DNA from: Malacoraja senta
Taxonomy: Eukaryota
Direction of reading: 5' to 3'
Assembly: GCA_038087875.1 (NCBI GenBank)
Contig: CM075996.1
Coordinates: 6,760,001-6,824,000 of the forward strand
Length of the DNA: 64,000 bases
The stretch's first letter is position 1. Each line of letters starts with the position of its first letter. Of this stretch, positions 38,644-50,685 are shown one piece after another. Under the pieces are notes generated by a model. The model did no database searches, was not told where the DNA came from, and saw only the letters and a list, made by a program, of their open reading frames with translations. The position numbers and the translations under genes are program-made.

Positions 38644-38848
38644 GATGCGCGTCAAGTCACCGTATGAGCTGAACAGGGAGCAGTGTGAGGAGTTCCGCCC
38701 CTGTGACATGCTCGCCCGGCAGATCGGACACAGACAAGCCTACGGCAGGTTCTTCGGCAACGCCCAGCCACAGTCCAACGGCTACCGCCGGCAACGGTCC
38801 CACAGGCAGAGAGGCAGCCGCAGCCGGCAACACTACTACCGATACTAG
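38644..38848 (+). CDS. mgp: Matrix Gla protein, last coding exon (Gla domain plus Arg-rich tail, stop TAG)
   Basis: TTGCTTTCCAG acceptor, phase 2. Encodes MRVKSPYELNREQCEEFRPCDMLARQIGHRQAYGRFFG...QHYYRY*, with the E-x3-E-x-C-x5-C Gla signature and the AY-x-RFFG motif of the MGP/BGP family. Confidence 0.95.
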
Positions 38849-40317
38849 GCACCGCAACGACACACACACACACACACACGCACGCTAAACAGACGCACGC
38901 ACTACAGTCACACTCTACACACGACACACACAATACGCAAACTAGACACAGCCAGACACAACACACACGCGAAACACAGTCAGACACACACACACACACA
39001 CACACGCTACACAGACGCACGCACTACAGTCACACACACACAAGACACACACACACAGAGTACAGTCTCACACACAACACATACACTACACACACACTAA
39101 TACACTCACACACTTCCAAGATCCAAGATGGCGTCCAACACAGACGACTCTTAGCGCGCTGGTCACAGACGTGGACGCATTACAATCGCTCCACCCTTTT
39201 AAATCTCTACTCTGATGTATCTGCACACTGTGGACGGCTCAATCGTAATCATGTACTCCCTTTCCGCGGACTGATTGGCACGCAACAAGAAAGTTTTTCA
39301 CTGTACCTCGGTACACGTGACAGTAAACTACACTCAAACTCACTCAGACACACACACACACACACGCGCACGCACGCACGCCAATAGGAACCGCGGTTAG
39401 CAGGCCAACGTTAAATGAATACAGAAAGTGGAGTAAACGTCCAGCCGGTCAGGCAGCGTCCGTGGTGAGAGACGTCCTGTCAACGGCAACCTCCCGCCGT
39501 GCTCCTCACCCTTCCTCCCAAGGTGGTTCATGTTCTCCCCAGTCACCTGCCCCAGGGTTGTTCCAGTATCACTGCCCCTGTCTGCCCTTCATCGCTGGTC
39601 GGTGCAGACTCGATGGGCCGAAGGGCCTGTTCCCCACACAAACTAAACTAAACTAATCAGGACCGGTTTTAGTTTCGACGGGGGAGGGCCAAGTGGGAGT
39701 GGTATCGCCTCTGACCTGTTCCGTGGAACGCATATTGGGCGGTCACGGCGGCGCAGCGGTAGAGTCGCTGCCTTACAGCGAACGCAGCGCCGGAGACTCG
39801 CGTTCGATCCCGACTACGGGTGCCGCCTGTACGGAGTTTGTACGTTCTCCCCGTGACCCGCGCGGGATTTCTCCGAGATCTTCGGTTTCCTCCCACATTC
39901 CAAAGACGTGCAGGTTAATTGGCTTGGTGTAAATGTGTAAATTGTCCCTAGTGTGTGTAGGGTAGTGTTAACGTGCGGGGATGGCTGGGCCTGTTTCCGC
40001 GCTGTATCTCTACACTAAAGCATATCCTGCCTGCCAAAGGTGGTGAGATTGGACAATATCCTCCCTGCTAAATATCTGTAACCAAAGCAGCCTTAAACCA
40101 CAGCAGCGGGAAAAAAGATTATAGAGCCCAAATATATATATATATATATATGTGTGTATGTATTCACATACACACACACACACACATACCTTGTAAATAC
40201 AACCTCCCAGCATCACAAACCAATAACTGCTCCTTATCCCTCAGACTGAAGCTTACAAACTATTCATTATCAGCCCAGTGTGTAACGGGATTCTTCAATG
40301 GCATTTATAGAATATAT

Positions 40318-40323
40318 AATAAA
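40318..40323 (+). terminator. Candidate polyadenylation signal of mgp
   Basis: AATAAA in a unique AT-rich stretch, followed about 20 nt later by CA and a GT/T-rich tract (TTGTGTGTGTATTTCTT). It would imply a ~1.5-kb 3'UTR containing repeats. Confidence 0.5.
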
Positions 40324-42229
40324 GAAATATACAACGTTTCTTCACCTTGTGTGTGTATTTCTTCTCTCGCTGTAGAAATGAGTGTTTGACGCGAACAAGT
40401 GTTTACGTAAGTGTAAACGGGTGTTTAATGGTCAGTCTGCTCTCCGTGGGCCGAAGGGCCTGTTTCTGTGCTGGCAACTGAACCATCCTACCACAGCCAG
40501 AGAGCAGTGCTGAACTACCATCTACCTCATCGGGGACCCTCGGACTATCCGTTGACAATAGACAATAGACAATAGGTGCAGGAGTAGGCCATTCGGCCCT
40601 TCGAGCCAGCACCGCCATTCAATGTGATCATGGCTGATCATCCCCATCCCCAATCAGTACCCCGTTCCTGCCTTCTCCCCATATCCCCTGACTCCGCTAT
40701 CTTTAACAGCCCTATCTAGCTCTCTCCTGAAAGTATCCAGAGAACTGGCCTCCACCGCCCTCTGAGGCAGAGAATTCCACACACTCACCACTCTCTGTGA
40801 GAAAAAGTGTTTCCTCGTCTCCGTTCTAAATGGCTTACCCCTTATTCTTAAACTGTGGCCCCCTGGTTCTGGACTCCCCCAACATTGGCTTTACCTTGCA
40901 CCAATCATTATTCCATTATCGTGTATCTATACACTGTAAATGCGAATCTGTGGAATTCTCTGCCACAGAAGGCAGTGGAAGCCACTTCACTGGATGTTTT
41001 CAAGAGAGAGTTAGATTTAGCTCTTAGGGCTAAAGGAATCAAGGGATATGGGGAGAAAGCAGGAACGGGGATGATCAGCCATGATCACATTGAATGGCGG
41101 TGCTGGCTCGAAGGGCCGAATGGCCTCCTCCTGCACCTATTGTCTATGTTTCTAAATGGCTCGATTGTAATCATGTATTGTCTTTCCGCTGGCTGGTTAG
41201 CACGCAACAAAAGCAGTTCACTGTACCTCGGTAATGGTGACGATGAACTAAACTAAACTGCTGTGTGACTCAACCAGTGAGACTCCTTGCCAGCTGCATG
41301 CATACCTCAGGAGGGATTCACACCTGGAGTGAGAGTGGACTCGCCTCCAGTGACTCCAGCTACACCTCGCGCTGCCTCGGCAAGGCCAGCAGCATAAATC
41401 AAGGACCAGTCTCACCACCCTGGCCGCTCCCTCTTCTCCCCTCTCCAATCGGGCGATAGGTACGGAAGTGTGAAAACGCACACCTCCAGATTCAGAGACA
41501 GTTTCTTCCCAGCTGTTATCAGGCAACTGAACCATCCTACCACAACCAGAGAGCGGTCCTGAACTACTATCTACCTCATTGGAGACCCTCGGACTATCCT
41601 TGACCGGACTTTGCTGGCTTTACCTTGCACTAAACGTTATTCCCTCTATCATGTATCTGTACACTGTGTATGGCTCGATTGTAATCATGTATTGTCTTTC
41701 CGCTGGCTGGTTAGCACGCAACAAAAGCTTTTTATTCTACCTCGGTACAGGTGACTAGTAGGTAGACAAAAGTACTGGAGAAACTCAGCGAAGGAAATAG
41801 GCCCGAAACGTTGCCTATTTCCTTCGCTCCATAGATGCTGCCGCACCCGCTGAGTTTCCCCAGCACGTTTGCCTGCCTGCAATGAACTAGTGACTAACAC
41901 CAATGACTAGACTAACTCCTTGTGTGAGGAGGAGTTTCTTTAGTCAGAGGGTGGTGAATCTGTGGAACTCATTGCCACAGACGGCTGCGGGAGGCCAAGT
42001 TAGTGGATATTTATTAAGGCGGAGATTGATAGATTCTTCATTAGTACGGGTGTCAGGGGTTATGGGGAGAAGGCAGGAGAAAGGGGTTGAGAGGGAGAGA
42101 TAGATCAGCCATGATTGAATGGCGGAGTAGACGTGATGGGCCGAATGGCCTAATTCTGCTCCTATGGAATGAACTTAGGACTAACTCCTGGAGTAAAACA
42201 AGACTAACTCCTGGTGTGAAGTAAGAATT

Positions 42230-42700
42230 TCAGTTCAGTTTAGTTTATTGTCACCTGTACCGAGGTACAGTGAACAGCTTTTGTTGCTGCTATCCAGCCA
42301 GCGGAAAGACAATACATGATCACAATCGAACCATTCACAGTGCACAGATACAGGATAAAGGGAATGATGTTTAGTGCAAGGTAAAGCAAGTAATGTCCGA
42401 TCAAAGATTGTCCGAGGGTCCCCGATGTGGTAGATAGTAGTTCAGGACCGCTCTCTGGTTGTGGTAGGATGATTCAGTTGCCTGATAACAGCTGGGAAGA
42501 AACTGTCCCTGAATCTGGAGGTGTGCGTCTTCTCACGTCTGTACCTTTTGCCCGATGGGAGAGGGGAGAAGAGGGAGTGGCCAGGGTGCGACTGGTCCTT
42601 GATGATGCTGCTGGCCTTGCCCAGGCAGCGTGAGGTGCAGATGGAGTCAATGGAAGGGAGGTCGGTCTGTGTGACAGTCTGGGCTGCATCCACTGCGTTC
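42230..42700 (-). mobile_element. Rex1/Babar LINE 3' fragment (related copies at 35300-35715 -, 41350-41760 +, 57500-58010 -)
   Basis: LPSIDSICTSRCLGKASSIIKDQSHPGHSLFSPLPSGKRYR...FRDSFFPAVIRQLN. Confidence 0.8.
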
Positions 42701-42891
42701 CTCCCCATCGAAGGGATTCACTCCCGGAGTAGTGAGACCAAGAAGGGTCTCGACCCGGAAGGTCACCCATTCCTTCTCTCCAGAGATGCTGCCTGTCCCG
42801 CTGAGTTACTCCAGCATTTTGTGTCTACCTTCGATTGAAACCAGCATCTGCAGTTCTTTCCCAGACGTAGTGAGACTAATTCTTGGGGTCT

Positions 42892-43680
42892 TCCTCTTCT
42901 TCTTCTTGCGAATGAAACATAAATAAACCAAAGGAATAGTTAGATCTCAAGCCGGGTGTTGAGCAGCCAGGTTGTTGTCTCTGTTGGCGTCAATGTCTGC
43001 CCGGCCCTGAGCTCCATTTGGTGGGTGGTAGGGCAGGCACCCAGAGATGACATGGTCTGTTGTTCCGCTCCGCATTCACAGGCTGGGCTCTGGCGGAGCC
43101 CCCATCTCCACATGCTGGCATTGAAACGCCCACCTCCAGTACCAAGTCTGTTGAGCTTCACCCATTCTCCTCTGGGGAGGTCAGACTCTGGACAATTTAT
43201 ATCTGGTGAAGAGATGTAGCTGTGTAATGGAGATGAGGTTGCCTTCCACTCCTGTGACCACTTGGTGGCTATCCAGTGGCTATCCAGCGAAATTTCGTTC
43301 AGACCGAAAGGTCTGAATGACAAATAAAGGAATCTCTCTAATCTCTCTAATCTCTCTTTTGTCTCCGTTGGCTGGATGGATGCTCGGAGTTGTTTTCCAT
43401 GTGGAGCAAAGGGGTGACAGGACTTCAGTCGGGGTGGCCTCTGCTCTCTGCTGATAGCCTGATGGAGGAGGTGATCTGGGTCCATGGCACGATGAGATAG
43501 TGCCAGAGTTGCCGCTAGCCTTCGGATCCCTGCAGGCGGAATGCCTGCAAGTATAGGGAGCTGCTCGACTGGAGTAGGTTGAAGGCACCCAGTGATGGTT
43601 CACAAGGTACTGTTCATGCTCGTGTCTACTAGGCTAGTATGTCTGCTTCTACTCCACACGGTGCGTTGTACTCAGCGGGG
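42892..43680 (-). mobile_element. Vingi/Ingi-clade non-LTR retrotransposon, 3' fragment (degenerate)
   Basis: Translates to AEYNAPVWSRSRHT...ITGCLQPTPVEQLPILAGIPP...WVKLNRLGTGGGRFNASMWRWG...CECGAEQQT, with an (AAG)n tail. Confidence 0.8.
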
Positions 43681-45301
43681 CCCTGTCTCACGGTGTGAGT
43701 CCACCCACGAGTGATCCCGAGTGAAAGAAAAAATCACACTCGTGGTTGTCTACGAGATTCCAAGTTTAAGTTCACGAGTTTAAACGAGTTCCCACGTGTA
43801 TGTCTAAGTTTGCCGTTTACTTCTCATTTCTGCGATGTACCAAGTTCCTCTCCCGAGTTACTCTTGAGCCAACCGTGAATGAAGGCCTGTTTTAAGTATC
43901 AAATAGAGGAGCTGGACAGCATCTCATACAGTAAGTATATTCTGATTCAGTATTGAAAGTTATTCAATTTCAGAACTTAAAAAAACTAGGCAGGATCTCG
44001 GCCCCGCACTCGCTGCCATTGTGCAGCAAGGAGGCGGTGGTGACGAAGCAACAGTGTTAGAGAAGACAGCTCCATCCTGCGGCTTTGAGTTAAAGATAGA
44101 ATTCAGCGCGGCCGCATCTATTGATATGACCTACAAAGGGAAAATGCGCAGCGTCCAGTGCCCGAGCGTTTCTCTCTGCTTCATATACATGGGAATTCCC
44201 TCAGTACGGTCACTCAGCGGGACAGGCAGCATCTCTGGACAGAAGGAATGGGTGACGGGATGACGTTTCCCAAATTCTGCTGCGTCTTTGTGTTACTCCA
44301 GCACTGTGTGTTCACTTTTTGTCAACCAGCATCTGCCCTTTCTTGTGTATGACATTGTTTGTACCCGTGGCAGTTGATTGTCGCTCCCTTCAGTTTCCCA
44401 GGGGGTCGGGACGGGACTGGAGTTGGGAGGGAAAGGTGGCAGGTGGGGGGGGGGGGGAGGGGGGGAGGGGAGGGGAGTGGGGGGAGGAGTGGGGGGTTGG
44501 GGTGACTTAGTGCGGGAGACAAGTGTAGGAGAGGTGTACTGACTGTGTGGGCAGACACTTTGGTAGTGATTGCCCACCAGTCTCAAAAGCCGCTGTGTCT
44601 CCCTGTCCCTGGGATAGCAGGGGGCGATCAAACAGCACAATACCCCCCTCCCCCTCCACGCCAATACGAAGGGCAACGATCCCAAGGCTTTAGCGTCAGA
44701 AACAGCGGGCAGGCGACAATCGCCCGCCATAACGCGAGAGAGATCATGCACTATTGTAGGTCTCCTTTGCACGTCGGTGTTTCTGTCTTTCTCCATCTCA
44801 TTGATGTCCCTGTCTGTCGCCACCCCCACCCCCACCCCTCTGTTTCCCGACATTGGGGGCAGACACTCCTGCTGCCACTTAGCGAGGGAGGTTTCTACGC
44901 TGTGTTTTACGCTTCATAAGTTCGTAAGTGATAGGAGCAGAATTAGGCCATTCGGCCCATCAGGTCCACTCCTCCATTCAACCACGGCTGAACTATCTCT
45001 CCCTCCTAACCCCATTCTCCTGCCTTCACCCCACGCCCCTTGCCACCATGCTGTGCGATGATGGTTCACCACCATTCCTGCTTAATGAACTGGTACAAAA
45101 TTCCCTTCCCAGCAACGGGCCCTCAGGCCAACGGCTGGGTCTGGGAACAATTAAGTTCTGGGATAAGGAGGGAGGTGGTCAGTCAAATTCCAGTCAACAC
45201 ATGATCCTTGGAGATATTAACAGTGTGGTGCTGGCTGGCCACACTTTGACACGGAGCACCGGCTGTTTACTGCGCTCAACCAAGCAGCCAGCACAGTCTG
45301 A

Positions 45302-45828
45302 AGGGCCTGTCCCACTTGGACATCATTTGCGCCTCATTTACCCGTTATGTGTAAATTAGGTCGACGAGTCGGGACGCGTGGGGTGCGCATGGTGAGGCGT
45401 GGAATCGTATGCGGTGGCTCCAGGATTTAGTACAGGAACGAAAACCTCGCGCACCACCTGACGTATAGCGTACGCGCGCTGACGCATTGGGTACGCGCGC
45501 TGACGTATTGGGTACGTGCGCTGACGCATTGGGTACACACACTGACGCATTGGGTACGCACGCTGACGCATTGGCGTCGTACGCTGGCGTCCCGACGTCT
45601 CACATGTATCGCGTGGTGACGCATGGTTACGTCACCGTGCGCCAACGTCCTTACGTCCTTGCGTAAACATCCTGCCGCACGCCGCAGGGTATTCTAATGA
45701 CATCATGCGCACCAGACGGCTGTGCTGACGTGTGATTTGCGCGCCACGTCGCGCATCACGATGCGTCGACCTAATTTACATATGACGCGTTAATGAGGCG
45801 CAAATGACGGCCAAGTGGGACAGGCCCT
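45302..45828. mobile_element. Harbinger-type MITE with internal 21-bp tandem repeats
   Basis: Long TIRs (AGGGCCTGTCCCACTTGG..TCATTTGCGCCTCATT..). TACGCGCGCTGACGCATTGGG units at about 45470-45575. Confidence 0.8.
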
Positions 45829-45831
45829 TCA

Positions 45832-46472
45832 GCTTACAGTGAGAGGATTTGAGTATAGGAGCAAGGAGGCCCTACTGCAGTTATACAGGGCCCTAGTGAG
45901 ACCACACCTGGAGTATTGTGCGCAGTTTTGGTCCCCTAATTTGAGGTAGGACATCCTTGCTATTGAGGGAGTGCAGCGTAGGTTCACCAGGTTAATTCCC
46001 GGGATGGCGGGACTGTCATACGATGAAAGAATGGGTCGACTGGGCTTGTATTCACTGGAATTTGGAAGGATGAGAGGGGATCTTATAGAAACATATAAAA
46101 TTCTTAAGGGATTGGACAGGCTAGATGGAAGAAAAATGTTCCCCGGTTGGGGGAGTCCAGAACCAGGGGTCACAGTTTAAGAATAAGGGGTAGGTCATTT
46201 AGGACTGAGATGAGGAAAAACGTTTTCACCCAGAGAGTTGTGAATCTGTGGAATTCTCTGCCACAGAAGGCAGTGGAGGCCAATTCACTGGATGTTTTCA
46301 ACAGAGAGTTAGATTTAGCTCTTTGGGCTAAAGGAATCAAGGGATATGGGGAAAAAGCAGGAACAGGGTACTGATTCTGGATGATCAGCCATGATCACAT
46401 TGAATGGCAGTGCTGGCTTGAAGGGCCGAATAGCCTACTCCTGCACCTACTTTCTATGTTTCCATGTTTCTA
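45832..46472 (+). mobile_element. CR1 LINE 3' fragment
   Basis: [32 protein letters not shown]... through the tail. Confidence 0.9.
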
Positions 46473-46852
46473 TATTTCATCCCCTCTCCTGTCGCAAGTC
46501 CTGCTGTCCCTCTCCCAAACTCCGGAAGCCTGCTCTGACATGGCCTTTTGTTACCCACTCATGATAGCCACAAAATGCTGGAGTAACTCAGCGGGACAGG
46601 CAGTGTCTCTGGAGAGAAGGAACGGGTGAGGTTATAGTTGCCCACTGGTCCGAAGAAGGGCCTCGACCCGAAACGTCATCCATACCTTCTCTCCAGAGAT
46701 GCAGCCTGCCCCGCAGAGTTACTCCAGCACTTTGTGGAAACAAGCGCCTGCAGTTCCTTCCGACACATTTTGTTAGTTCAACTGTTGGGAGTTTACAATG
46801 GGCAACGTCATCTCACAGGTTCTTCTAGTTTTAGTTTACGGTTACAGTATGA

Positions 46853-47380
46853 TAATAGACAATAGACAATAGACAATAGATAATAGACAATACGTGCAGG
46901 AGTAGGCCATTCGGCCTTTCAAGCCATTCAATGTGATCATGGCTGATCATCCCCAATCAGTATCCCGTTCCTGCCTTCTTCCCATATCCCCTGACTCCGC
47001 TATCTTTAAGAGCCCTATCTAGCTCTCTCTTGAAAGCATCCAGAGAACCGGCCTCCACCACCCTCTGAGGCAGAGAATTCCACAGACTCACAACTCTCTG
47101 TGAGAAAAAGTGTTTCCTCATCTCCGTTCTAAATGGCTTACTCCTTATTCTTAAACTGTGGCCCCTGATTCTGGACTCCCCCCAACATCGGGAACATGTT
47201 TCCTGCCTCTAGCGTGTCCAAGCCCGTAACAATCTTATATGTTTCAATGAGATCCCCTCTCATTCTAAACTCCAGAGTGTACAAGCCCAGCTGCTCCATT
47301 CTCTCAGCATATGACAGTCCCGCCATCCCGGGAATTCACCTTGTAAACCTACGCTGCACTCCCTCAATAGCAAGAATAAC
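46853..47380 (-). mobile_element. CR1 LINE 3' fragment
   Basis: ORF 47138-47326 and (GACAATA)n tail. Confidence 0.88.
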
Positions 47381-47429
47381 AGGCCCTTCGGCCCACCGAG
47401 TCCGTGCCGACCATCACGCCATACATTAT

Positions 47430-47933
47430 TGTAAATCACTTCAGACTGTATAAGATTTACACACATCTTTAATCAGCATAGTAACTTGGCAGCATTAGAA
47501 AACGAGGTGTTGTCAGTACATCCTAGCTGCTTCAACTAACGGTGCTGGGAATGGGAATTCACATGCATCATCAATCTACATCCTTCCCCCTAAAGATTAA
47601 ATGTGGAAAGGAAGTGTATTAAACATACTCGCCATACATGTCTGGTGGGCTACTAACACGGCCCGAGCGCGTGCGGACCCAATCATCCCACTTCTGACAC
47701 CATGTAAATCACTTCAGACTGAAGTAAATCACTTCAGACTGTATAAGATTTACACACATCTTTAATCAGCACAGTAACTTGGCAGCATTACAAAACGAGA
47801 TGTTGTCAGTACATCCTAGCTGCTTCAACTAACGGTGCGGTGCTGGGAATGGGCGTTAGTATAAATGTTATAATGGGGTGGAGTTAGTGATGCTGGCTAA
47901 GTGTGATTGATTCACATGCATCATCAATCTACA
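47430..47933 (-). mobile_element. Miniature LTR retrotransposon (TRIM-like, Gypsy-derived)
   Basis: TGTA...TACA LTRs at 47430-47580 and 47703-47933. 18-nt PBS at 47685-47702 complementary to the tRNA-Leu(CAA) 3' end. PPT at 47581-47594, 5-bp TSD ATTAT, 122-bp internal region. Confidence 0.9.
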
Positions 47934-48169
47934 ATTATCACTAACCTAGGGACAATTTAAAGCAGCCAATTAACCTACAAACCTGTTCATCTTTGGAGTG
48001 TGGGAGGAAACCGGAGCACCCGGAGAAAACCCACGAGGAGAACGTACAAACTCCGTACAGACAGCCCCCGTAAGCCAGGATTGAAGATGGACACAAAACT
48101 CAGAGGGAAACGGCAGCATCTATGGAGAGAAGGAATTTCTGACATTTCGGGTCGAGACCCTTCTTCAGA

Positions 48170-48553
48170 CCAAAGATCCTCTAGCGGAGCAAGATAGACC
48201 ACTCCTTCTAAATGCAATGGGCTGACGTGTAGTACGCAACGGAGCGGAATGTGGGCCTTTTTTTCATCCATTTCAGTAACCCGACCCGACCCGCAGTGTA
48301 ATCAGCTTTGTGTTAATAAATTATAATCCTGAAAATGAGAAGATTTTTACCAAAGATCTTTGATTTTTACGAAGATGTTTCCGTAACCAGCTTCCGTCTC
48401 CGCACTAGTTATCTTTGCTCCGCTATGGGATCTTTGGTGCGGAGACGGAAGCCGGTTACGTAAATGGGGCCGAAAATGACCCATGAATCTGCCCATGACC
48501 GTACTACGTCTTTTTCGTCGAGTGGACTATCTTGCTTGTTATAGGATCTCTGG
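48170..48553. mobile_element. Unclassified non-autonomous DNA transposon, CCA...TGG termini, 6-bp TSD
   Basis: TIR CCAAAGATCCTCTAGCGGAGCAAGATAG / CTATCTTGCTTGTTATAGGATCTCTGG; TSD TTCAGA (48164-48169 and 48554-48559). Confidence 0.8.
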
Positions 48554-49571
48554 TTCAGACTGATGTCAGGGGAGCGGGCAGGACTGAGAAAGAATGTAGG
48601 CGGAGACAGTAAGACTAGTGGGAGAACTGGGAAGGTGGAGGGGATGGAGAGAGAGGGAAAAGCAAGGGCTACCTGAAGTTAGAGAAGTCAATGTTCATAC
48701 CGCTGGGGTGTAAATGACCTAAGCGAAATATGAGGTGCTGTTCCTCCAATTTGCGTTGGAGTGAACCTGGGTCTCTGGCGCTGTGAGGCAGCAACTCTAC
48801 CGCTGCGCCACCGTGGATAAAAACAGCAGCTTTTATTTATTTAGCATCCTCCACCTAGGAAGGCACCTCAGAGCCCTTCACCAAAACATTATTAGCACTG
48901 GTTTGCATAAGCAGATTTTAAAGTCGGTGATTAAAACCACGAACAAAGAGATTTGCAGGTTAATTGGCTTTGGGTAAAATTATAATTGTCACCCGGGTGC
49001 TCCGGTTTCTTCCCACACTCCAAAGATGTTATCTGGTCTCATTAAATTGTCGCTAGTGTGTGTAGGATAGTGCTTGTGCACGGGGCGATGGCTGGCCAGA
49101 GCGGACTCATTGGGCCGAAGGGGCTGTTTCCAGGCTGTATCTCTTAAGTCTAAAGGCAGGTTTTCAGGAAGAGTGAACGGGCCTGTCCCACTTACGCGGG
49201 GTTTTTCGGCGACTTGCCGGCACCCGTCACCGTCGCAGCGGGTCGCCCGAAAAATGTCGAGATGTTGAAAATCCAGCGGCGACCAGAAAAAGGAACGACT
49301 CTTTGGGCGGCTGCTCACGGCCACACAGGCGTCACCCAAAGAGTCGTACCTTTTTCTGGTCGCCGCTGATTGTCAACATCTCGACATTTATTAAGGAGGC
49401 CAGTTCTTCTCCTAATGGCTCTTCTGACCCTGACGGGGCAGCGAAACCTACTGCAGGGGTGGAACATCTGGCAGCTGCCGTTCATCGCCTTGTACAAGCC
49501 TCACAGTCAGAGTCGGAGTCTGAAATCTCATGACCCATAGCACGCTCCTCATCCCTGAGGAGCATTCCATC

Positions 49572-49843
49572 AGCCCTGTGCCAGGTGCTGTTGAGCTGCT
49601 TCCAGCAGCTTGGATTTCAGTACACTCCTTCCTGAGTGAACTTTGCTCCAAGAGCCTATGTAAAAGGCTTTCCTATTTGGGCTATACGCTCGAAAGCAGT
49701 ACCTAGCCCTGTACCAGGAGCTGTTGAGCTGCTTCCAGCAGCTTGGATTTCAGTACACTCCTCCCTGAGTGAACTTTGCTCCAACAGCCTATGTAAAAGG
49801 CTTTCTATTTGGGCAATACGCTCGAAAGCAGTATCTAGCCCTG
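49572..49843 (-). repeat. 132/133-bp tandem duplication in a degenerate coding-like segment (possible DIRS-type gag remnant)
   Basis: Units start at 49572, 49705 and 49837. Minus-strand 44-aa repeat TAFERIAQIESLLHRLLEQSSLREECTEIQAAGSSSTAPGTGL. Confidence 0.75.
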
Positions 49844-50046
49844 GAGCTACTTCCATTGCCTGGGACTCCCTCCGTGGGCCGTTGGGATTTAAACTTCGTC
49901 TTTTGCCCGACAGGCGCTGACTGTGTTTTCACCAGCCCCAGGTCCACAGTCGCTATGCTCACCGAAGATCAGTCTGAAGAAGGGTCTCGACCCAGAAACG
50001 TCACCTGTCCTTTTTCTCCAGAGATGCTGCCTGTCCCGCTGAGTTA

Positions 50047-50685
50047 AGGGGCCTGTCCCACTTGGACGACCTAATCCACGAGTTTAGAAGCCCCTCGATG
50101 AGTTGAAAAAAATGCCACGGTCGTGTGACTCGCCGAAGTAAAAGACCTCCTATGACTATGTCTACGACCTCCCACGACCATGTCTACGACCTCCTACGAC
50201 CCCCCTCGACCTCAGTCTTCCACACCTAAGACCAACTACGACTAGCTACATGATACATGATAAAATGATGTAATGTTTGCATTTTATTTCTCGGGCCAGT
50301 TGCCGACCTACGACTGTCTACGACTACCTACGACTACCATCACGACCTACTACGACCTACCTACGAGTAAAAAGTATCCATTTTTTCCACGCCGACTTTT
50401 ATTTCACTCGTGGACATTTTTTATCAGGCTGGAAAAAACGCCGCGACCTACTTGAGTCCACGAGTTACGCGGAGACCACTCACGAGCATGAGGAAGAGTG
50501 ACCTACGACCTCCTGCGACCTCGTGGCGACCATGCTGCGAGTATGAGTCGAGGGCAAACTCGGCAGAGGTCGCCAATTGGGTCGTGAAAGTGGGACAGGG
50601 GCTTATCACGACCGTGACATTTTTTTTCAACTCGTCTGGGGTCTTCTAAACTGGTGGATTAGGTCGTCCAAGTGGGACAGGCCCT
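50047..50685. mobile_element. Harbinger-type MITE containing a nested end of the 22771-type MITE
   Basis: TTA TSD (50044-50046 and 50686-50688) splitting a GAGTTAC repeat consensus. An inner GTGAAAGTGGGACAGGGGCT end lies at about 50603. Confidence 0.82.

Noticed and set aside
38098..38667. GC-rich overlapping ORFs upstream of the last mgp exon (similarly 53702-54465)
   Set aside because: They lie in TE-derived GC-rich sequence (TA|CAG-starting MITE-like and Rex1-associated) where stops are rare.
45460..45575. Regularly spaced short repeats resembling a CRISPR array (also 23511-23780 and 50140-50360)
   Set aside because: Head-to-tail repeats without unique spacers, inside transposons in a vertebrate genome.
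47685..47702. tRNA-Leu 3' sequence (also 6229-6247) and tRNA-like SINE heads as tRNA genes
   Set aside because: Only 18-19 nt including CCA next to an LTR, so a primer binding site. SINE heads continue into the V-domain.
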